Source of the DNA: Eledone cirrhosa
Lineage: Eukaryota
DNA length: 64,000 nt
Direction of reading: 5' to 3'
Assembly: GCA_964016885.1 (NCBI GenBank)
Contig: OZ024748.1
Span: 35,216,001-35,280,000, forward strand
A program made the translations under genes and the position numbers. The stretch's first letter is position 1. The number at the start of each line of letters is the position of its first letter. The notes under the pieces are model-generated. The model saw only the letters and a list, made by a program, of their open reading frames with translations, did no database searches and was not told the DNA's origin. Positions 36,701-51,700 of this stretch are shown one piece after another.

Positions 36701-39700
36701 TACACCCCAGTCTAGGTGGTATATCTCAGCTGTGGTAGGGAGTGGTACACTTTACACCATGTCTAGGTGGTATATCTCAGCTGTGGTAGGGAGTGACAGA
36801 CTCTACACCCCAGTCAAAGTGGTTTACCTCAGCTGTGGTAGGGAGTGGTAGACTCTACACCCCAGTCTAGGTGGTATATCTTACATGTGGTAGGGTGTGA
36901 CAAACTCTACACCCCAGTCTAGGTGGTATATCTCAGCTGTGGTAGGGAGTGGTACACTTTACACCATGTCTAGGTGGTATATCTCAACTGTGGTAGAGTG
37001 TGACAATTCTACACCCCAGTCTAGGTGGTATATCTCAGCTGTGGTAGGGAGTGACAGACTCTACACCCCAGTCTAGGTGGTATATCTAAGCTGTGGTAGT
37101 GAGTGACAGACTCTACACCCCAGTCTAGGTGGTATATCTAAGCTGTGGTAGTGAGTGACGGACTCTACACCCCAGTCTAGGTGGTATATCTCAGCTGTGT
37201 GTGTGTGGGGGGGGGGGGGGTCGATTTTAAACACCAGTCTAGGTGATATATCTCAACTGTGGTAGGGTGTGACAACTCTACACCCCAGTCTAGGTGGTAT
37301 ATCTCAGCCGTGGTAGGGAGTGACAGACTCTACACCCCAGTCTAGGTGGTATATCTAAGGTGTGGTAGTGAGTGACAGACTCTACACCCCAGTCTAGGTG
37401 GTATATCTCAGCTGTGGTAGTGAGTGACGAACTCTACACCCCAGTCTAGGTGGTATATCTCAGATGTGGGAGGGAGTGACAGACTCTACACCCCAGTCAA
37501 GGTGGTATACCTCAGCTGTGGTAATGAGTGGTAGACTCTACACCCCAGTCTAGGTGGTATATCTCAGCTGTGGGAGGGAGTGATAGACTCTATACCCAGT
37601 CTAGATGGTATATCTCAGCTGTGGTAGGGTGTGGTAGACCCTACACCCAAGTCTAGGTGGTATATCTTACATGTGGTAGGGAGTGACAGACTCTACACCC
37701 CAGTCTAGGTGGTATATCTCAGCTGTGGTAGGGTGTGGTAGACTCTACACCCTAGTCTAGGTGTTATATCTCAGATGTGGTAGGGAGTGAGGTGATATAT
37801 CTTACATGTGGTAGGGAGTGACAGACTCTACACCCCAGTCTAGGTGGTATATCTCAGCTGTGGTAGTGAGTAACAGACTCTACACCCCAGTCTAGGTGGT
37901 ATATCTCAGCTGTGGTAGTGAGTAACAGACTCTACACCCCAGTCTAGGTGGTATATCTCAGCTGTGGTAGGGTGTGGTAGACTCTACACCCAGTCAAGAT
38001 GGTATATCTCAGCTATGGTAGGGTATGGTAGACTCTACACCCCTTTCTAGGTGGTATATCTCAGCTGTGGTAGGGAGTGACAGACTCTACACCCCAGTCT
38101 AGGTGGTATATCTTACATGTGGTAGGGAGTGACAGACTCAACACCCCAGTCTAGGTGGTATATCTCAGATGTGGTAGTGAGCAACAGACTCTACACCCCA
38201 GTCTAGGCGGTATATCTCAGCTGTGGTAGGGTGTGGTAGACTCTACACCCGGTCAAGATGGTATATCTCAGCTATGGTAGGGTATGGTAGACTCTACACC
38301 CCTGTCTAGGTGGTATATCTCAGCTGTGGTAGGGAGTGACAGACTCTACACCACAGTCTAGGTGGTATATCTCACATGTGGTAGGGAGTGACAGACTCTA
38401 CACCCCAGTCTAGGTGGTATATCTTACATGTGGTAGGGAGTGACAGACTCTACACCCCAGTCTAGGTGGTATATCTTACATGTGGTAGGGTGTGACAAAT
38501 TCTACACCCCAGTCTAGGTGGTATATCTCAGCTGTGGTAGGGAGTGGTACACTTTACACCATGTCTAGGTGGTATATCTCAGCTGTGGTAGGGAGTGACA
38601 GACTCTACACCCCAGTCAAAGTGGTTTACCTCAGCTGTGGTAGGGAGTCGTAGACTCTACACCCCAGTCTAGGTGGTATATCTCAGCTGTGGTAGACTCT
38701 ACACCCCAGTCTAGGTGGTATATCTCAACTGTGGTAGGGAGTGACAGACTCTACACACCAGTCTAGGTGGTATATCTAAGCTGTGGTAGTGAGTGACAGA
38801 CTCTACACCCCAGTCTAGGTGGTATATCTAAGCTGTGGTAGTGAGTGACGGACTCTACACCCCAGTCTAGGTGGTATATCTCAGCTGTGGTAGGGAGTGA
38901 CAGACTCTACACCCCAGTCTAGGTGGTATATCTCAGATGTGGTAGGGAGTGACAAACTCTACATCCCAGTCTAGGTGGTATATCTCAGCTGTGTGTGTCT
39001 GTGGGGGGGGGTCGATTTTAAACAGCAGTCTAGGTGGTATATGTCAGCTGTGGTAGTGAGTGACAGACTCTACACCCCAGTCTAGGTGGTATATCTCAGC
39101 TGTGGTAGGGAGTGACAGACTCTACATCCCAGTCTAGATGGTATATCTCAGCTGTGGTAGTGAGTGACAGACTCTACACCCCAGTCTAGGTGGTATATCT
39201 CAGCTGTAGTAGTGAGTGATGAACTCTACACCCCAGTCTAGGTGGTATATCTAAGCTGTGGTAGTGAGTGACAGACTCTACACCCCAGTCTAGGTGGTAT
39301 ATCTCAGATGTGGTAGAGAGTGACAAACACTACATCCCAGTCTAGGTGGTATATCTCAGATGTGGGAGGGAGTGAAAGACTCTACACCCCAGTCTAGGTG
39401 GTATATCTCAGATGTGGGAGGGTGTGGTAGACCCTACACCCAAGTCTAGGTGGTATATCTTACATGTGGTAGGGAGTGACAGACTCTACACCCCAGTCTA
39501 GGTGGTATATCTCAGCTGTGGTAGGGTGTGGTAGACTCTACACCCTAGTCTAGGTGGTATATCTCAGATGTGGTAGGGAGTGACAGACTCTACATCCCAG
39601 TCTAGGTGATATATCTTACATGTGGTAGGGAGTGACAGACTCTACACCCCAGTCTAGGTGGTATATCTCAGCTGTGGTAGTGAGTAACAGACTCTACACC

Positions 39701-42700
39701 CCAGTCTAGGTGGTATATCTCAGCTGTGGTAGTGAGTAACAGACTCTACACCCCAGTCTAGGTGGTATATCTCAGCTGTGGTAGGGTGTGGTAGGGTGTG
39801 GTAGACTCTACACCCAGTCAAGATGGTATATCTCAGCTATGGTAGGGTATGGTAGACTCTACACCCCTGTCTAGGTGGTATATCTCAGCTGTGGTAGGGA
39901 GTGACAGACTCTACACCCCAGTCTAGGCGGTATATCTTACATGTGGTAGCGAGTGACAGACTCAACACCCCAGTCTAGGTGGTATATCTCAGATGTGGTA
40001 GGGAGTGACAGACTCTACATCCCAGTCTAGGTGATATATATTACATGTGGTAGGGAGTGACAGACTCTACACCCCAGTCTAGGTGGTATATCTCAGCTGT
40101 GGTAGTGAGTAACAGACTCTACACCCCAGTCTAGGTGGTATATCTCAGCTGTGGTAGTGAGTAACAGACTCTACACCCCAGTCTAGGTGGTATATCTCAG
40201 CTGTGGTAGGGTGTGGTAGACTCTACACCCAGTCAAGATGGTATATCTCAGCTATGGTAGGGTATGGTAGACTCTACACCCCTGTCTAGGTGGTATATCT
40301 CAGCTGTGGTAGGGAGTGACAGACTCTACACCCCAGTCTAGGTGGTATATCTTACATGTGGTAGTGAGTGACAGACTCTACACCCCAGTCTAGGTGGTAT
40401 ATCTTACATGTGGTAGGGAGTGACAGACTGTACACCCCAGTCTAGGTGGTTTATCTCTCAGCTGTGAGAGTGAGTCAAAGACTCTATTCCACAGTCTAGG
40501 TAGTATATCTCAGCTGGGAGTGACAGACTCTACACTCCAGTCTAGATGGTATATCTCAGCTGTGGTAGGGAGTGAAAGACTCTATTCCACAGTCTAGGTA
40601 GTATATCTCAGCTGTGAGGTACAGATTCTACACCCCAGTCTAGGTGGTATATCTCGGCTGTGGTAAGGAGTCTAGACTCTACACCACAGTCTAGGTGATA
40701 GGGAGTGACAGATTCTACACCCTAGTTTGGGTAGTATATCTCAGCTGGGGTAGTTTGTTGTTGATTCAACACCCCAGAGTAGGTGGTATAACTCAGCTAT
40801 GACGGACAGATTCTACACCTCAGTCTGTGTTGTTTACCTCAGCTATGACAGACACTACACCCCACACTAGGTGATATATCTCAGCTGTGTTATGGAGTGA
40901 AAGACTCTACACCCCAGTAGAGGTGATATACCTCAGCTGTGGTAGAGAGTGGTAGATTCTACACCCCAGTCTAGGTGGTAGATCTAAGATTTGGTAGTGA
41001 GTGACAGACTCTACACACCAGTCTCGGTGGTATATCTGAGCTGTGGTAGGGAGTGATAGACTCTACACCCAGTCTAGATGGTATATCTCAGCTGTGGTAG
41101 AGTGTGGTAGACTCTACACCCTAGTCTAGGTGGTAGATCTCAGATGTGATAGGGAGTGACAGACTCTACACCCCAGTCTAGGTGGTATATCTTACATGTG
41201 GTAGGGTGTGACAATCTCTACACCCCAATCTAGGTGGTATATCTCAGCTGTGGTAGTGAGTGACAGACTCTACATCCCAGTCTAGGTGGTATATCTCAGC
41301 TGTGGTAGGGAGTGATAGACTCTACACCCAGTTTAGATGGTATATCTCAGCTGTGGTAGGGAGTGACAGACTCTACACCCCAGTCTAGGTGGGATATCTA
41401 AGCTGTGGTAGTGAGTGACAGACTCAACACCCCACTCTAGGTGGTATATCTCAGATGTGGTAGGGAGTGACAAACTCTACATCCCAGTCAAAGTGGTATA
41501 TATCAGATGTGGGAGGGAGTGACAGAATCTACACCCCAGTCAAGGTGGTATATCTCAGCTGTGGTAGGGAGTGGTACACTTTACACCATGTCTAGGTGGT
41601 ATATCTCAGCTGTGGTAGGGAGTGACAGACTCTACAACCAAGTCAAAGTGGTTTACCTCAGCTGTGGTAGGGAGTGGTAGACTCTACACCCCAGTGTAGG
41701 TGGTACATCTCAGCTGTGGTAGACTCTACACCCCAGTCTAGGTGGTATATCTCAGCTGTGGTAGGGAGTGACAGACTCTACATCCCAGTCTAGATGGTAT
41801 ATCTCAGCTGTGGTAGGGAGTGACAGACTCTACACCCCAGTCTAGGTGGTATATCTCAGCTGTGGTAGGGAGTGACAGACTCTACACCCCAGTCTAGGTG
41901 GTATATCTTACATGTGGTAGGGTGTGACAAACTCTACACCCCAGTCTAGGTGGTATATCTCAGCTGTGGTAGGGAGTGGTACACTTTACACCATGTCTAG
42001 GTGATATATCTCAGCTGTGGGAGGGAGTGACAGACTCTACACCCCAGTCAAAGTGGTTTACCTCAGCTGTGGTAGGGAGTGGTAGACTCTACACCCCAGT
42101 CTAGGTGGTATATCTCAAGTGTGGTAGGGAGTGACAGACTCTACATCCCAGTCTAGATGGTATATCTCAGCTGTGGTAGTGAGTGACAGACTCTACACCC
42201 CAGTCTAGGTGGTATATCTCAACTGTGGTAGGGTGTGACAATTCTACACCCCAGTCTAGGTGGTATATCTCAGCTGTGGTAGTGAGTGACAGAATCTACA
42301 CCCCAGTCTAGGTGGTATATCTCAGCTGTGGTAGGGAGTGACAGACTCTACACCCCAGTCTAGGTGGTATATCTAAGCTGTGGTAGTGAGTGACAGACTC
42401 TACACCCCAGTCTAGGTGGTATATCTCAGCTGTGGTAGTGAGTGACAGACTCTACACTCCAGTCTAGGTGGTATATCTCAACTGTGGTAGGGTGTGACAA
42501 CTCTACACCCCAGTCTAGGTGGTATATCTCAGCCGTGGTAGGGAGTGACAGACTCTACACCCCAGTCTAGATGGTATATCTAAGCTGTGGTAGTGAGTGA
42601 CAGACTCTACACCCCAGTCTAGGTGGTATATCTAAGCTATGGAAGTGAGTGACAGACTCTACACCCCAGTCTAGGTGGTATATCTCAGCTGTGGTAGTGG

Positions 42701-45700
42701 GTGACGAACTCTACACCCCAGTCTAGGTGGTATATCTAAGCTGTGGTAGTGAGTGACAGACTCTACACCCCAGTCTAGGTGGTATATCTCAGATGTGGTA
42801 GTGGGTGACGAACTCTACACCCCAGTCTAGGTGGTATATCTAAGCTGTGGTAGTGAGTGACAAACTCTACATCCCAGTCTAGGTGGTATAACTCAGATGT
42901 GGGAGGGAGTGACAGACTCTACACCCCAGTCAAGGTGGTATACCTCAGCTGTGGTAAGGAGTGGTAGACTCTACACCCCAGTCTAGGTGGTATATCTCAG
43001 CTGTGGTAGGGAGTGATAGACTCTACACCCCAGTCTAGGTGGTATATCTCAGCTGTCGTATGGAGTGACAGAGGCTCTACCCCAGTCTAGGTGGTATATT
43101 TCAGTGTGTGGTATGAAGTGACACACTCTACATCCCACTCTAGGTGGTATATCTCAGGTGTGGGAGGGAGTAACAGACTCTACACCCCAGTCTAGGTGGT
43201 ATACCTCAGCTGTGGTAGGGAGTGAAAGACTCAGCACCCGAGTCTAGGTGGTATACCTCAATTGTGGTAGACTCTACATCCAAGTCTAGCTGGTATATCT
43301 CAGCTGTGGTAATGAAGTGACAGACTCTACACCCCACTCAAATGGTATACCGCAGCTGTGGTAGTGAGTGATAGCCTCTACACACCCTCTAGGTTGTATA
43401 TCTCAGCTGTGGTAGGGTGTGGTAGACCCTACACCCAAGTCTAGGTGGTATATCTTACATGTGGAAGGGAGTGATAGACTCTACACCCCAGTCTAGGTGG
43501 TATATCTTACATGTGATAGGGTGTGACAAACTCTACACCCCAATCTAGATGGTATATCTCAGCTGTGGTAGTGAGTGACAGACTCTACATCCCAGTCTAG
43601 GTGGTATATCTCAGCTGTGGTAGGGAGTGATAGACTCTACACCCAGTTTAGATGGTATATCTCAGCTGTGGTAGGGAGTGACAGACTCTACACCCCAGTC
43701 TAGTTGGGATATCTAAGCTGTGCTAGTGAGTGACAGACTCAACACCCCAGTCTAGCTGGTATATCTCAGATGTGGTAGGGAGTGACAAACTCTACATCCC
43801 AGTCAAAGTGGTATATCTCAGATGTGGGAGGGAGTGACAGAATCTACACCCCAGTCAAGGTGGTATATCTCAGCTGTGGTAGGGAGAGGTACACTTTACA
43901 CCATGTCTAGGTGGTATATCTCAGCTGTGGTAGGGAGTGACAGACTCTACACCCAAGTCAAAGTGGTTTACCTCAGCTGTGGTAGGGACTGGTAGACTCT
44001 ACACCCCAGTCTAGGTGGTATATCTCAGCTGTGGTAGGGAGTGACAGACTCTACATCCCAGTCTAGATGGTATATCTCAGCTGTGGTAGGGAGTGACAGA
44101 CTCTACACCCCAGTCTAGGTGGTATATCTCAGCTGTGGTAGGCAGTGACAGACTCTACACCCCAGTCTAGGTGGTATATCTCAGCTGTGGTAGGGAGTGG
44201 TACACTTTACACCATGTCTAGGTGGTATATCTCAGCTGTGGTAGGGAGTGACAGACTCTACACCCCAGTCAAAGTGGTTTACCTCAGCTGTGGTAGGGAG
44301 TGGTAGACTCTACACCCCAGTCTAGGTGGTATATCTCAGCTGTGGTAGACTCTACACCCCAGTCTAGGTGGTATATCTCAAGTGTGGTAGGGAGTGACAG
44401 ACTCTACATCCCAGTCTAGATGGTATATCTCAGCTGTGGTAGTGAGTGACAGACTCTACACCCCAGTCTAGGTGGTATATCTCAACTGTGGTAGGGTGTG
44501 ACAATTCTACACCCCAGTCTAGGTGGTATATCTCAGCTGTGGTAGGGAGTGACAGACTCTACACCCCAGTCTAGGTGGTATATCTAAGCTGTGGTAGTGA
44601 GTGACAGACTCTACACCCCAGTCTAGGTGGTATATCTAAGCTGTGGTAGTGAGTGACAGACTCTACACCCCAGTCTAGGTGGTATATCTCAACTGTGGTA
44701 GGGTGTGACAATTCTACACCCCAGTCTAGGTGGTATATCTCAGCTGTGGTAGGGAGTGACAGACTCTACACCCCAGTCTAGGTGGTATATCTAAGCTGTG
44801 GTAGTGAGTGACAGACTCTACACCCCAGTCTAGGTGGTATATCTAAGCTGTGGTAGTGAGTGACAGACTCTACACCCCAGTCTAGGTGGTATATCTCAGA
44901 TGTGGTAGGGAGTGACAAACTCTACATCCCAGTCTAGGTGGTATATCTCAGATGTGGTAGGGAGTGACAAACTCTACATCCCAGTCTAGGTGGTATATCT
45001 CAGCTGTGTGTGTGTGTGGGGGGGGGGGGGTCGATTTTAAACACCAGTCTAGGTGGTATATCTCAGCTGTGGTAGTGAGTGACAGACTCTACACCCCAGT
45101 CTAGGTGGTATATCTCAGATGTGGTAGGGAGTGACAGACTCTACATCCCAGTCTAGATGGTATATCTCAGTTGTGGTAGTGAGTGACACACTCTACACCC
45201 CAGTCTAGGTGGTATATCTCAACTGTGGTAGGGTGTGACAACTCTACACCCCAGTCTAGGTGGTATATCTCAGCCGTGGTAGGGAGTGACAGACTCTACA
45301 CCCCAGTCTAGGTGGTATATCTAAGCTGTGGTAGTGAGTGACAGACTCTACACCCCAGTCTAGGTGGTATATCTCAGCTGTGGTAGTGAGTGACGAACTC
45401 TACACCCCAGTCTAGGTGGTATATCTAAGCTGTGGTAGTGAGTGACAGACTCTACACCCCAGTCTAGGTGGTATATCTCAGATGTGGTAGAGAGTGACAA
45501 ACTCTACATCCCAGTCTAGGTGGTATATCTCAAATGTGGTAGGGTGTGGTAGACTCTACACCCCAGTCTAGGTGGTATATCTCAGCTGTGGGAGGGAGTG
45601 ATAGACTCTACACCCAGTCTAGATGGTATATCTCAGCTGTGGTAGGGTGTGGTAGACCCTACACCCAAGTCTAGGTGGTATATCTTACATGTGGTAGGGA

Positions 45701-48700
45701 GTGACAGACTCTACACCCCAGTCTAGGTGGTATATCTCAGCTGTGGTAGGGTGTGGTAGACTCTACACCCTAGTCTAGGTGTTATATCTCAGATGTGGTA
45801 GGGAGTGAGGTGATATATCTTACATGTGGTAGGGAGTGACAGACTCTACACCCCAGTCTAGGTGGTATATCTCAGCTGTGGTAGTGAGTTACAGACTCTA
45901 CACCCCAGTCTAGGTGGTATATCTCAGCTGTGGTAGTGAGTAACAGACTCTACACCCCAGTCTAGGTGGTATATCTCAGCTGTGGTAGGGTGTGGTAGAC
46001 TCTACACCCAGTCAAGATGGTATATCTCAGCTATGGTAGGGTATGGTAGACTCTACACCCCTTTCTAGGTGGTATATCTCAGCTGTGGTTGGGAGTGACA
46101 GACTCTACACCCCAGTCTAGGTGGTATATCTTACATGTGGTAGGGAGTGACAGACTCAACACCCCAGTCTAGGTGGTATATCTCAGATGTGGTAGGGAGT
46201 GACAGACTCTACATCCCAGTCTAGGTGATATATATTACATGTAGTAGGGAGTGACAGACTCTACACCCCAGTCTAGGTGGTACATCTCAGCTGTGGTAGT
46301 GAGTAACAGACTCTACACCCCAGTCTAGGCGGTATATCTCAGCTGTGGTAGGGTGTGGTAGACTCTACACCCAGTCAAGATGGTATATCTCAGCTATGGT
46401 AGGGTATGGTAGACTCTACACCCCTGTCTAGGTGGTATATCTCAGCTGTGGTAGGGAGTGACAGACTCTACACCCCAGTCTAGGTGGTATATCTTACATG
46501 TGGTAGGGAGTGACAGACTCTACACCCCAGTCTAGGTGGTATATCTTACATGTGGTAGGGTGTGACAAACTCTACACCCCAGTCTAGGTGGTATATCTCA
46601 GCTGTGGTAGGGAGTGGTACACTTTACACCATGTCTAGGTGGTATATCTCAGCTGTGGTAGGGAGTGACAGACTCTACACCCCAGTCAAAGTGGTTTACC
46701 TCAGCTGTGGTAGGGAGTCGTAGACTCTACACCCCAGTCTAGGTGGTATATCTCAGCTGTGGTAGACTCTACACCCCAGTCTAGGTGGTATATCTCAAGT
46801 GTGGTAGGGAGTGACAGACTCTACATCGCAGTCTAGATGGTATATCTCAGCTGTGGTAGTGAGTGACAGACTCTACACCCCAGTCTATGTGGTATATCTC
46901 AACTGTGGTAGGGTGTGACAATTCTACACCCCAGTCTAGGTGGTATATCTCAACTGTGGTAGGGAGTGACAGACTCTACACCCCAGTCTAGGTGGTATAT
47001 CTAAGCTGTGGTAGTGAGTGACAGACTCTACACCCCAGTCTAGGTGGTATATCTAAGCTGTGGTAGTGAGTGACGGACTCTACACCCCAGTCTAGGTGGT
47101 ATATCTCAGCTGTGGTAGGGAGTGACAGACTCTACACCCCAGTCTAGGTGGTATATCTCAGATGTGGTAGGGAGTGACAAACTCTACATCCCAGTCTAGG
47201 TGGTATATCTCAGCTGTGTGTGTCTGTGGGGGGGGGGGGGGGGTCGATTTTAAACACCAGTCTAGGTGGTATATGTCAGCTGTGGTAGTGAGTAACAGAC
47301 TCTACACCCCAGTCTAGGTGGTATATCTCAGCTGTGGTAGGGAGTGACAGACTCTACATCCCAGTCTAGATGGTATATCTCAGCTGTGGTAGTGAGTGAC
47401 AGACTCTACACCCCAGTCTAGGTGGTATATCTCAACTGTGGTAGGGTGTGACAACTCTACACCCCAGTCTAGGTGGTATATCTCAGCCGTGGTAGGGAGT
47501 GACAGACTCTACACCCCAGTCTGGGTGGTATATCTAAGCTGTGTTAGTGAGTGACAGACTCTACACCCCAGTCTAGGTGGTATATCTCAGCTGTGGTAGT
47601 GAGTGACGAACTCTACACCCCAGTCTAGGTGGTATATCTAAGCTGTGGTAGTGAGTGACAGACTCTACACCCCAGTCTAGGTGGTATATCTCAGATGTGG
47701 GAGGGAGTGAAAGACTCTACACCCCAGTCTAGGTGGTATATCTCAGATGTGGGAGGGAGTGACAGACTCTACACCCCAGTCAAGGTGGTATACCTCAGCT
47801 GTGGTAAGGAGTGGTAGACTCTACACCCCAGTCTAGGTGGTATATCTCAGCTGTGGGAGGGAGTGATAGACTCTACACCCAGTCTAGATGGTATATCTCA
47901 GCTGTGGTAGGGTGTGGTAGACCCTACACCCAAGTCTAGGTGGTATATCTTACATGTGGTAGGGAGTGACAGACTCTACACCCCAGTCTAGGTGGTATAT
48001 CTCAGCTGTGGTAGGGTGTGGTAGACTCTACACCCTAGTCTAGGTGGTATATCTCAGATGTGGTAGGGAGTGACAGACTCTACATCCCAGTCTAGGTGAT
48101 ATATCTTACATGTGGTAGGGAGTGACAGACTCTACACCCCAGTCTAGGTGGTATATCTCAGCTGTGGTAGTGAGTAACAGACTCTACACCCCAGTCTAGG
48201 TGGTATATCTCAGCTGTGGTAGTGAGTAACAGACTCTACACCCCAGTCTAGGTGGTATATCTCAGCTGTGGTAGGGTGTGGTAGACTCTACACCCAGTCA
48301 AGATGGTATATCTCAGCTATGGTAGGGTATGGTAGACTCTACACCCCTGTCTAGGTGGTATATCTCAGCTGTGGTAGGGAGTGACAGACTCTACACCCCA
48401 GTCTAGGCGGTATAACTTACATGTGGTAGGGAGTGACAGACTCAACACCCCAGTCTAGGTGGTATATCTCAGATGTGGTAGGGAGTGACAGACTCTACAT
48501 CCCAGTCTAGGTGATATATATTACATGTGGTAGGGAGTGACAGACTCTACACCCCAGTCTAGGTGGTATATCTCAGCTGTGGTAGTGAGTAACAAACTCT
48601 ACACCCCAGTCTAGGTGGTATATCTCAGCTGTGGTAGTGAGTAACAGACTCTACACCCCAGTCTAGGTGGTATATCTCAGCTGTGGTAGGGTGTGGTAGA

Positions 48701-51700
48701 CTCTACACCCAGTCAAGATGGTATATCTCAGCTATGGTAGGGTATGGTAGACTCTACACCCCTGTCTAGGTGGTATATCTCAGCTGTGGTAGGGAGTGAC
48801 AGACTCTACACCCCAGTCTAGGTGGTATATCTTACATGTGGTAGGGAGTGACAGACTCTACACCCCAGTCTAGGTGGTATATCTTACATGTGGTAGGGAG
48901 TGACAGACTGTACACCCCAGTCTAGGTGGTTTATCTCTCAGCTGTGGGAGGGAGTCAAAGACTCTATTCCACAGTCTAGGTAGTATATCTCAGCTGGGAG
49001 TGACAGACTCTACACTCCAGTCTAGATGGTATATCTCAGCTGTGGTAGGGAGTGAAAGACTCTATTCCACAGTCTAGGTAGTATATCTCAGCTGTGAGGT
49101 ACAGATTCTACACCCCAGTCTAGGTGGTATATCTCGGCTGTGGTAAGGAGTCTAGACTCTACACCACAGTCTAGGTGATAGGGAGTGACAGATTCTACAC
49201 CCTAGTTTGGGTAGTATATCTCAGCTGGGGTAGTTTGTTGTTGATTCAACACCCCAGAGTAGGTGGTATAACTCAGCTATGACGGACAGATTCTACACCT
49301 CAGTCTGTGTTGTTTACCTCAGCTATGACAGACACTACACCCCACACTAGGTGATATATCTCAGCTGGGTTATGGAGTGAAAGACTCTACACCCCAGTAG
49401 AGGTGATATACCTCAGCTGTGGTAGAGAGTGGTAGATTCTACACCCCAGTCTAGGTGGTAGATCTAAGATTTGGTAGTGAGTGACAGACTCTACACACCA
49501 GTCTCGGTGGTATATCTGAGCTGTGGTAGGGAGTGATAGACTCTACACCCAGTCTAGATGGTATATCTCAGCTGTGGTAGAGTGTGGTAGACTCTACACC
49601 CTAGTCTAGGTGGTAGATCTCAGATGTGATAGGGAGTGACAGATTCTACACCCCAGTCTAGGTGGTATATCTTACATGTGGTAGGGTGTGACAATCTCTA
49701 CACCCCAATCTAGGTGGTATATCTCAGCTGTGGTAGTGAGTGACAGACTCTACATCCCAGTCTAGGTGGTATATCTCAGCTGTGGTAGGGAGTGATAGAC
49801 TCTACACCCAGTTTAGATGGTATATCTCAGCTGTGGTAGGGAGTGACAGACTCTACACCCCAGTCTAGGTGGGATATCTAAGCTGTGGTAGTGAGTGACA
49901 GACTCAACACCCCACTCTAGGTGGTATATCTCAGATGTGGTAGGGAGTGACAAACTCTACATCCCAGTCAAAGTGGTATATCTCAGATGTGGGAGGGAGT
50001 GGTACACTTTACACCATGTCTAGGTGGTATATCTCAGCTGTGGTAGGGAGTGACAGACTCTACACCCAAGTCAAAGTGGTTTACCTCAGCTGTGGTAGGG
50101 AGTGGTAGACTCTACACCCCAGTCTAGGTGGTATATCTCAGCTGTGGTAGACTCTACACCCCAGTCTAGGTGGTATATCTCAGCTGTGGTAGGGAGTGAC
50201 AGACTCTACACCCCAGTCTAGGTGGTATATCTCAGCTGTGGTAGTGAGTGACAGAATCTACACCCCAGTCTAGGTGGTATATCTCAGCTGTGGTAGGGAG
50301 TGACAGACTCTACATCCCAATCTAGATGGTATATCTCAGCTGTGGTAGTGAGTGACAGACTCTACACCCCAGTCTAGGTGGTATATCTCAACTGTGGTAG
50401 GGTGTGACAACTCTACACCCCAGTCTAGGTGGTATATCTCAGCCGTGGTAGGGAGTGACAGACTCTACACCCCAGTCTAGGTGGTATATCTAAGCTGTGG
50501 TAGTGAGTGACGAACTCTACACCCCAGTCTAGGTGGTATATCTAAGCTGTGGTAGTGAGTGACAGACTCTACACCCCAGTCTAGGTGGTATATCTCAGAT
50601 GTGGGAGGAGTGATAGACTCTACACCCCAGTCTAGGTGGTATATCTCAGATGTGGGAGGGAGTGACAGACTCTACACCCCAGTCAAGGTGGTATACCTCA
50701 GCTGTGGTAAGGAGTGGTAGACTCTACACCCCAGTCTAGGTGGTATATCTCAGCTGTGGTAGGGAGTGATAGACTCTACACCCAGTCTAGGTGGTATATC
50801 TCAGCTGTCGTATGGAGTGACAGAGTCTCTACCCCAGTCTAGGTGGTATATTTCAGTGTGTGGTAGGAAGTGACACACTCTACATCCCACTCTAGGTGGT
50901 ATATCTCAGGTGTGGGAGGGAGTAACAGACTCTACACCCCAGTCTAGGTGGTATACCTCAGCTGTGGTAGGGAGTGAAAGACTCAGCACCCGAGTCTAGG
51001 TGGTATATCTCAGCTGTGGTAGACTCTACATCCAAGTCTAGCTGGTATATCTCAGCTGTGGTAATGAAGTGACAGACTCTACACCCCACTCAAATGGTAT
51101 ACCGCAGCTGTGGTAGTGAGTGATAGCCTCTACACACCCTCTAGGTTGTATATCTCAGCTGTGGTAGGGTGTGGTAGACCCTACACCCAAGTCTAGGTGG
51201 TATATCTTACATGTGGTAGGGAGTGACAGACTCTACACCCCAGTCTAGGTGGTATATCTCAGCTGTGGTAGGGTGTGGTAGACTCTACACCCTAGTCTAG
51301 GTGTTATATCTCAGATGTGGTAGGGAGTGAGGTGATATATCTTACATGTGGTAGGGAGTGACAGACTCTACACCCCAGTCTAGGTGGTATATCTCAGCTG
51401 TGGTAGTGAGTTACAGACTCTACACCCCAGTCTAGGTGGTATATCTCAGCTGTGGTAGTGAGTAACAGACTCTACACCCCAGTCTAGGTGGTATATCTCA
51501 GCTGTGGTAGGGTGTGGTAGACTCTACACCCAGTCAAGATGGTATATCTCAGCTATGGTAGGGTATGGTAGACTCTACACCCCTTTCTAGGTGGTATATC
51601 TCAGCTGTGGTTGGGAGTGACAGACTCTACACCCCAGTCTAGGTGGTATATCTTACATGTGGTAGGGAGTGACAGACTCAACACCCCAGTCTAGGTGGTA